Shown one piece after another: positions 15,501 to 20,000 of a DNA stretch of 20,000 nt. The translations under genes were made by a program, and so were the position numbers. This stretch comes from an uncultured virus (IMG/VR IMGVR_UViG_3300041955_001927) (taxonomy: Duplodnaviria > Heunggongvirae > Uroviricota > Caudoviricetes), in the IMG/VR virus record IMGVR_UViG_3300041955_001927. One strand, given 5' to 3'. The notes under the pieces are model-generated. The model saw only the letters and a program-made list of their open reading frames with translations. It ran no database searches and had not been told where the DNA came from. The stretch's first letter is position 1; each line of letters starts with the position of its first letter.

Positions 15501-16722
15501 GTATGAGGTCTTCATCGGCAAGAATCGCGATTGGCTGATCGGCCAGGGGGCTCAGTCGGTCGGCTCCCCTGTCACGTCCGCGATCATCCTCGACAACTCA
15601 TTTGCGACCGGCTACGGCCCCCCGGACATCAGTGCCGTCGCCTTCCATGCACGCGCCAAGCGCGTTTCTCATGCGGGCAGGCTGGCGGCGACCGTCGCGT
15701 CCTCGACGCTAACGACCATCGTGATCGGACTTCCTTCCGCCCCGACCCTTAACCAGTTCGGCGCCTCTCTCGCTCTCGGTTACCTGCTTGTCATCGGCAA
15801 AGCCGGACTTCCCGCCACGCAGCCCCTCTCCGTCATTCCAATCCTCGGTAACGATACTGGTTCGCCGCTCTGCACTCTGACCACGGTCTCGCCCGAAGGC
15901 TCCCTGGTTGGCGCCGGCGATCTGGTGGTGCTTTGTTTTCAATCCTCGGCCGCGACCGCGAACAGCGTAACGGATTCCGGAATTCCGAATCCGAACGCAC
16001 CCACCGGCCTTACGCCCAATGCCGAAATCGGAAATCTGGTGCGGGTGATCTACGATCCCACCGGCGCGGCCGCGACCGGTTCGACCGTCAAAATTACGGG
16101 CAACACCGGCACGGTAATCGACACCACAACCTGGCCGGCGGGCATTCCTGGTAACGGGACGGTCTTCATCATTGAGGAACCCGGCTGGCGCTGCGACGTT
16201 GTCAGCGCCGCCTCCCTGAACAACATAGCCCCGACGTTGATACCCGCGCCCCAGACGCTCATCTCCATCCCTTCCGCGCCTCTGGCCGGGTTCGTCGCGC
16301 TCGTCGAAATACTGGTGCAGGACGCCTTCGGCAACGACTCTGCCGAGAATGGCGACGGCCTGCGGATGATGTATGTCGTCCCGAATCCAAACGTGATGAC
16401 CATGAGTGTGGCCGGCACCGTGGCCATCGGGGCCGACCTTGCGCCGCGCATCGTCTCCATCAACGCAACGGGCTTGTCTGCGCTCGTGAAAATCGCTCCT
16501 TCCGGCGCGGCCCTGACGTTCGACATCTCGTTTTACTCAGGCGGCACATGGACGGTCTGGCTCACCCTGACCATTCCGAACGGCAGCACCGCCGTGACTG
16601 CAACGGCCGCTCAACTGGCGGCGGCTCCGACCGTGCCCACAGGTTCTCCGCTGAGGCTTGACATCACTGCGACCGGAACCGTATTCCCGGGTTCGGACCT
16701 GAGCGTGATCATTTACTACTGA
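12508..16722 (+). CDS. Central tail tip / host-specificity protein (gpJ-like, 1404 aa) with FN3-like and inserted beta modules
   Basis: Hydrophobic gpI-like N-terminus. Conserved YGRAVVGG, GKNDIYDPR, NAALCIADYL, ANICDE, RYTCNG, YNGVKGTY and LPFT.S.ATAQRL motifs. FN3-like PTNLVL..VSWDAP..YNVQIRSVN. Confidence 0.88.
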   Translation: MSKFIGIIVGAIAITVGVLIDIGTFGLLTPVLIAVAGALLTAGAGLVLSGIGTLISGSAGTSPGIAWATRNPIAPWGVTYGRAVVGGIVVFINEFGDSDKYLDMVIILASHACQSVDSLLFDKQLVQLSTGGGAFTGIGDSFSPVQQTVNITHITRANNVVTVTLAANIPLLQPGDKVVIGGALTGDYTLQGRWPVEQIISRTVGSPGSIVFTYISGGLPSIVDNEGTCTTTWADYGKKIHMEVMLGTQALGTTFPGMLYGTASDGDVTNLVQNTSNPWTANCSLVGKTAVFLRLHYDATVFSGGLPAISFMIHGKNDIYDPRTSPPTYGYTENAALCIADYLSNTTWGFKAVYGTEIPIAPLIAQANICDEDQPLAVGGGTPYVTGTVSATNGSTAVVGSGTVWVSGMVGGAIVIEGFPCTIQAVADATHLTLLEEFGGVTGSALVYSMMYNGGTEPRYTCNGSFDLGRGRGEILQNLLTCCGGRLTYSGGQFGIWAAVWYGSSPAPEPGVGAMTARLVWKPTVSVRDLYNGVKGTYICPANNWHPADIPPYAQDATHGYNGPAGFSGDSNLAADGGDRRWLDMQLPFTISTATAQRLCKIELLRRRQQGTGTFRYNMVGYQFTVMDVISMTLPLFGWTGKTLEILAHRFIVDKQQQAKGEDLSVLGTEIDVQETDASVYDWSASEELTPEGYQQPFLPNPFTPALPTNLVLESDDSTVIVSLGALADSILVSWDAPLDGYVTEGGHIEVQYQGVLLYAAGTVSATTGLNAVVGVGTAFTALMEGGSITINGVTQTIGAVADATHLSLVAVFTGPTAAVQPFSIAYSTAWVGLPSVNPTVTALSITGVVDGTTYNVQIRSVNGGGAPSAWVAASVTAAGINEPIAYRPFAEEYLFAPTTYGPSLVQVVDDGGQSIEVNGTRPVSLLSQAVAAPVIDDYAVISPHTGSALIWGAQIAQVFPIDASGLYGPGSKFTEFTVTAANQRVSFGVTFSAGTVGYEVFIGKNRDWLIGQGAQSVGSPVTSAIILDNSFATGYGPPDISAVAFHARAKRVSHAGRLAATVASSTLTTIVIGLPSAPTLNQFGASLALGYLLVIGKAGLPATQPLSVIPILGNDTGSPLCTLTTVSPEGSLVGAGDLVVLCFQSSAATANSVTDSGIPNPNAPTGLTPNAEIGNLVRVIYDPTGAAATGSTVKITGNTGTVIDTTTWPAGIPGNGTVFIIEEPGWRCDVVSAASLNNIAPTLIPAPQTLISIPSAPLAGFVALVEILVQDAFGNDSAENGDGLRMMYVVPNPNVMTMSVAGTVAIGADLAPRIVSINATGLSALVKIAPSGAALTFDISFYSGGTWTVWLTLTIPNGSTAVTATAAQLAAAPTVPTGSPLRLDITATGTVFPGSDLSVIIYY
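13657..13863 (+). repeat. 69-aa intragenic protein repeat, copy 1
   Basis: YVTGTVSATNGSTAVVGSGT...TIQAVADATHLTL...Y. 36/69 aa identical to 14782-14988 with no gaps (manual alignment). Confidence 0.9.
14782..14988 (+). repeat. 69-aa intragenic protein repeat, copy 2
   Basis: YAAGTVSATTGLNAVVGVGT...TIGAVADATHLSL...Y. Lies inside the FN3-like domain, between IEVQYQ and W...SITGV.DGTTYNVQIRSVN. Confidence 0.9.
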
Positions 16723-19700
16723 TGCCCGAGACGATTTACAAGCTTGAGCCGCATCGAGCGATGCACCTTCGGGGCGTGGATCGATTCGGCGCCGCCGGGT
16801 CGTTCTGGGGCGCAAGCGCCACCGGCTGGAAAATGTCCGGGGTCTTCCGCGACATGGCCGATTTCGCGGTGCTGATGTTCTGGGACGTGGACGATTACTT
16901 CGGTCACTACCTGTCTTCGAAGTACCTGCCGGACTTCGATTTTTCCGGCATGGTGCTTACGTTCGACATCACTGCAACGGGCGTCCAGCAGCTTGATTCG
17001 CCCGCGAACCAGTGGGTTCCGTGGCGGTCGCTCAGCTATGTGCTGGAGAACGGCGAGGGCGGCGCGGTGGATCTCAAGCCGCTTTCCACTTATGTCAGCG
17101 GCACCCACACGGCGGCCTCCGCAACGGTGACGGTCTCCGGCTCCCCGGGATATCTGGATCGGATCACCGTCTGGTACCAGAACGTTGCGTTCGACTACAC
17201 CGTCCAGGGATCGGGAACCTCCGGCTCGGCCGCATATTTCTTTAACAATGTCGGGGCCACTCCGAGCTTCACAATCGACGGACACGCCTTCAGCTACACC
17301 GTGTCAACTCCCGGAGGCGACAGCGGCGCCACGGTGGCCGCAACGCTCGCCGGATTGGCTGATGGCTATCACGGAGTTCACTGCGTTGGATCTTCGAACT
17401 CAATCGTTTTTACCCCGGCGGTGAACACAGGAGCCGTCGCCAACGTCCTTGGTTTCCTGTTGTGGCTCGTCACCGATCCGCCGGCAACCTTCATCGCGAA
17501 CCAGCTTGCGGCTCAGATCAACGCGTTCAACTGGTCGAGCTTCACGTTGCCCTTGTCGGCCACCGCCTCCGCCGGCGTCATCGTCATCACCTGCACGGCG
17601 GTGGGCGCGGACGGCAATTCGATTACGTTGTATGCCACTTTCTCCGGCGGTCTGTCGGCTTCGCCCGCGGTCGCTCCTTTTACGGGAGGTGTCTCGGCCG
17701 CCACATGGGCCGTATCCATCGACTTCTCCGCTCTCGGTATCAACTTCCTGCGCCAAGCCTGGCTGACCTTCGCGCCCCAGATTCAGAACGCTACCTCTGG
17801 TAACCCGTGGCCCGTTGCCGATTATGCCTCGACGGAATGGACCGTGACAGTCACGAACTGGGCAGTCTCGGATCCGAACACCAAACGTCCCCTCAAGATC
17901 GCAGGACCGGGCAGCGTGCGCGTGGACAGCCGCAGTGGATGGACTTCCTACGCCGGATCGTCGTGGATTGAAGAAGCGAGCAACCAGCCCGGTGGCACCG
18001 GGTGGTTCAACGCGGGCTTCGCCCACCGCATGAACACGCCCGGAGATTCGGTTTCGATCAGGTACTCCTGCCAGTCCGCCCACAACCTTTACCTCGGAAC
18101 GTCGCTCTACAGCGATCGCGGAATTGTGTCGGTGTCAATCGATGGCGGCACGCCGTTCAATGTGGACTGTTATTACAACGAAGCCACGGAGCCCGTAGTC
18201 ACCCGCCGATTTCTGGCGGCGGTCGCGGCGGGAAACCACACCGTAGTCATCGTGCTTCTGTCGGGCAACCATATCGCACTGGGGTCCTGGGACGCGAACA
18301 GCGCGGGAACGTTCTTCTATTTCGATTACCTCGAAGCGGCTGTGCTCTCCGATGTGCCGGATCCGGTGGGCACTTACGGCGCCGTCATGCCCGCGACGGA
18401 TTTTGATACAGACCACGGCTATCGCCTGTCTCCGCAACGATTGATCTGGATGCTTACGAGGCTCGGATTCGCCGGGCAGCTCGATCACTATCTGGGCGTT
18501 TTCTGGTGGAACCAGCGGCAAAGAGTTGGCGGGGTGTTCCCTTCCGCCTCCGTCACCTTCGGTGGCACCTGGGCCTCGGGTGACAGCGCGTTCCTCACTG
18601 TCAGCGGCGAGACGATCGGCAAGAGCGTCTTCCCCGCGGACTCGGTGTTCAGCATTGCCGCGCACTTCGCTTACTTCATCAACAGTACGTTCACCGGCGT
18701 CAGGGCCACTGCCTCCGGCGCGACGCTGATCATCACCAACCGGACTCCGGAATTTTCGTTCACCCTGGCCACGTCCATGGGAAGCGCGCACGGCACCATG
18801 GCCACCAGCGGCTCACTCTCCGGAGGCACGGAGGGGGCTTGGGAAATTAACGACGCTGTAACGCCGGTCATTAACCGCGCAGCGACGGACTGGCACACTG
18901 ACTTCTGGGCGCAGGTTGCCGGCGCCGGTCTCACGGGCGTGGCGTCGTTCTCGATGGAGTTGGTGAACCCTCCCGATGCGACTGGCCACGTCTACGCGCA
19001 AAGATTCGCCGATGGCACGGAGGTTCTAACCGATACCGGCTTCGGCGGACTGAACTCGACGCAGTGCACCTTCAACGCAGTGTTTCGCGCGTACCAGCAG
19101 GAGGCCTTTCTGGAGATGGCCGGGATGATGGCCGCGGCAGGTCTGGTTCCCTACCTGCAGTTCGGGGAGTTCCTGTGGTGGTATTTTGCCCTCGCGCAGG
19201 CCGTGCCGATCGGATACGCCAGCTACACGTCGCCGATCAGCATGGGTACAACGGTCCCACACGGACTGAGCACGGGCCAGAAGGTGCTGCAGGCCGGAGT
19301 GCTCGGCAACACGGCCGCGAACGGCACTTTCACGATCACCAAAACCGATTCAACCCACTACACGCTGAACGGGACCAGCGGAAACGGCGCATACACCGGA
19401 GGCGGAACGGTGACGGGCGGCGGCATGGCGTATTACGATGCCGACACAGCCGCTGCCGCAGTGACCGCCCTCGGGAGGGCGCTCGCGACGTTCTCTTTTC
19501 CGACCGACGACCCGAGCGTTAATACATACGCCGACGCCAATTTCCTGAGAGGCCTGATCTATTCGCATGCCGCCGCGATCGCCGCGTTCGTGCAGGCGAC
19601 ATACGCCACGGCCAAGTTTGAAGTGCTCTGGCCTTACGACGTCAACTACCCAACGCCCACAGCTTTGGCCGGCCTGGGCGGCGCGATGAATCGTTATGTG

Positions 19701-20000
19701 AATTTGCCGTCGCAGTGGCAAACGTTGTCCGGGTCCGGCCTGAATCGCATGAAGATGGAATCGCTCGCGTTCGGCGCCACCGAGCGCAGCCTGACGCTGG
19801 CGAAGCAGGCCATCGCGTTTCCACTGACCGCGCCGCTCACGTGGCCACTGGCGAATACGGCGTACCTGATGCCCATCTTTAACGGCGGATGCCCGTGGCC
19901 TCTTGAGTTTCTGGCAGTGCTCGGGGCTCAAACGCCGCTGGTCAATCTCTGGGCATTCGACCACTTCTGTCTGTTGTCCTGGCCCCTTCCAAAGCCGTAG
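16722..20000 (+). CDS. Large tail-associated protein (1092 aa) with TIM-barrel-like core, resembling the N4 gp65 non-contractile tail sheath family; probable receptor/glycan-binding protein
   Basis: Coupled to the gpJ-like gene by TGATG, with stop TAG at 19998-20000. Recalled family motifs: VFRDMADFAVL..WD.DD..GH, ATDFD..Y.LSPQRL...LGF.G..DHYLG, NRAA..WH.DF...S.SMEL and QFGEFLWW. CBM-like segment at about 17916-18345. Confidence 0.65.
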   Translation: MPETIYKLEPHRAMHLRGVDRFGAAGSFWGASATGWKMSGVFRDMADFAVLMFWDVDDYFGHYLSSKYLPDFDFSGMVLTFDITATGVQQLDSPANQWVPWRSLSYVLENGEGGAVDLKPLSTYVSGTHTAASATVTVSGSPGYLDRITVWYQNVAFDYTVQGSGTSGSAAYFFNNVGATPSFTIDGHAFSYTVSTPGGDSGATVAATLAGLADGYHGVHCVGSSNSIVFTPAVNTGAVANVLGFLLWLVTDPPATFIANQLAAQINAFNWSSFTLPLSATASAGVIVITCTAVGADGNSITLYATFSGGLSASPAVAPFTGGVSAATWAVSIDFSALGINFLRQAWLTFAPQIQNATSGNPWPVADYASTEWTVTVTNWAVSDPNTKRPLKIAGPGSVRVDSRSGWTSYAGSSWIEEASNQPGGTGWFNAGFAHRMNTPGDSVSIRYSCQSAHNLYLGTSLYSDRGIVSVSIDGGTPFNVDCYYNEATEPVVTRRFLAAVAAGNHTVVIVLLSGNHIALGSWDANSAGTFFYFDYLEAAVLSDVPDPVGTYGAVMPATDFDTDHGYRLSPQRLIWMLTRLGFAGQLDHYLGVFWWNQRQRVGGVFPSASVTFGGTWASGDSAFLTVSGETIGKSVFPADSVFSIAAHFAYFINSTFTGVRATASGATLIITNRTPEFSFTLATSMGSAHGTMATSGSLSGGTEGAWEINDAVTPVINRAATDWHTDFWAQVAGAGLTGVASFSMELVNPPDATGHVYAQRFADGTEVLTDTGFGGLNSTQCTFNAVFRAYQQEAFLEMAGMMAAAGLVPYLQFGEFLWWYFALAQAVPIGYASYTSPISMGTTVPHGLSTGQKVLQAGVLGNTAANGTFTITKTDSTHYTLNGTSGNGAYTGGGTVTGGGMAYYDADTAAAAVTALGRALATFSFPTDDPSVNTYADANFLRGLIYSHAAAIAAFVQATYATAKFEVLWPYDVNYPTPTALAGLGGAMNRYVNLPSQWQTLSGSGLNRMKMESLAFGATERSLTLAKQAIAFPLTAPLTWPLANTAYLMPIFNGGCPWPLEFLAVLGAQTPLVNLWAFDHFCLLSWPLPKP

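Larger units (their letters stand above)
1..20000 (+). mobile_element. Siphovirus-type phage/prophage neck and tail morphogenesis region (extends beyond the window)
   Basis: Co-oriented, tightly coupled genes in lambdoid/HK97-like order (connector, closure, terminator, tube, chaperones, TMP, Dit, hub, NlpC-like, gpJ-like). Stop/start overlaps: TAATG 9263-9267, TGATG 9862-9866 and TGATG 16720-16724. Confidence 0.95.

Noticed and set aside
3027..16722. Gene transfer agent rather than prophage
   Set aside because: The 975-aa TMP, moron-like insertions and gene order differ from the compact RcGTA-type cluster. Domestication cannot be fully excluded without the flanks.
1..20000. CRISPR array, tRNA/rRNA, IS/transposase, integrase or invertase-shufflon
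   Set aside because: No regularly spaced repeats, RNA-gene signatures, recombinase motifs or inverted crossover sites were seen on reading. A covariance-model search was not possible.

Overview
The window is the neck-and-tail module of a long, non-contractile-tailed (siphovirus-type) phage or prophage from a high-GC host. Core lines I counted are about 65% GC. The + strand carries, in order: a GT2 glycosyltransferase, three membrane/secreted/hypothetical genes, a collapsed GT2 remnant, head-tail connector, head closure, tail terminator, tail tube, two tail-assembly-chaperone genes, an HK97 gp10-like gene, tape measure, Dit, a tail-tip/hub gene, an NlpC/P60-like tail assembly gene, a 1404-aa gpJ-like central tail protein and a 1092-aa protein resembling the N4 gp65 non-contractile tail sheath family. 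Five things stand out. (1) Two accessory cassettes each sit between diverged direct-repeat copies of the phage's own coding sequence (1518-1649/2329-2463 and 10427-10459/12063-12095). (2) The second cassette is lower in GC, antisense, and encodes a UDG-superfamily-like protein that is a candidate anti-phage DNA glycosylase. (3) The tail chaperones appear as an in-frame G-T fusion plus a separate G paralog, rather than the usual programmed frameshift. (4) Glycosyltransferases sit among the structural genes, and several structural proteins carry Ser-Pro loops. (5) Small beta-rich modules appear inserted into the tail-tip proteins. All family assignments come from motif recognition and synteny by eye; no database searches were run.
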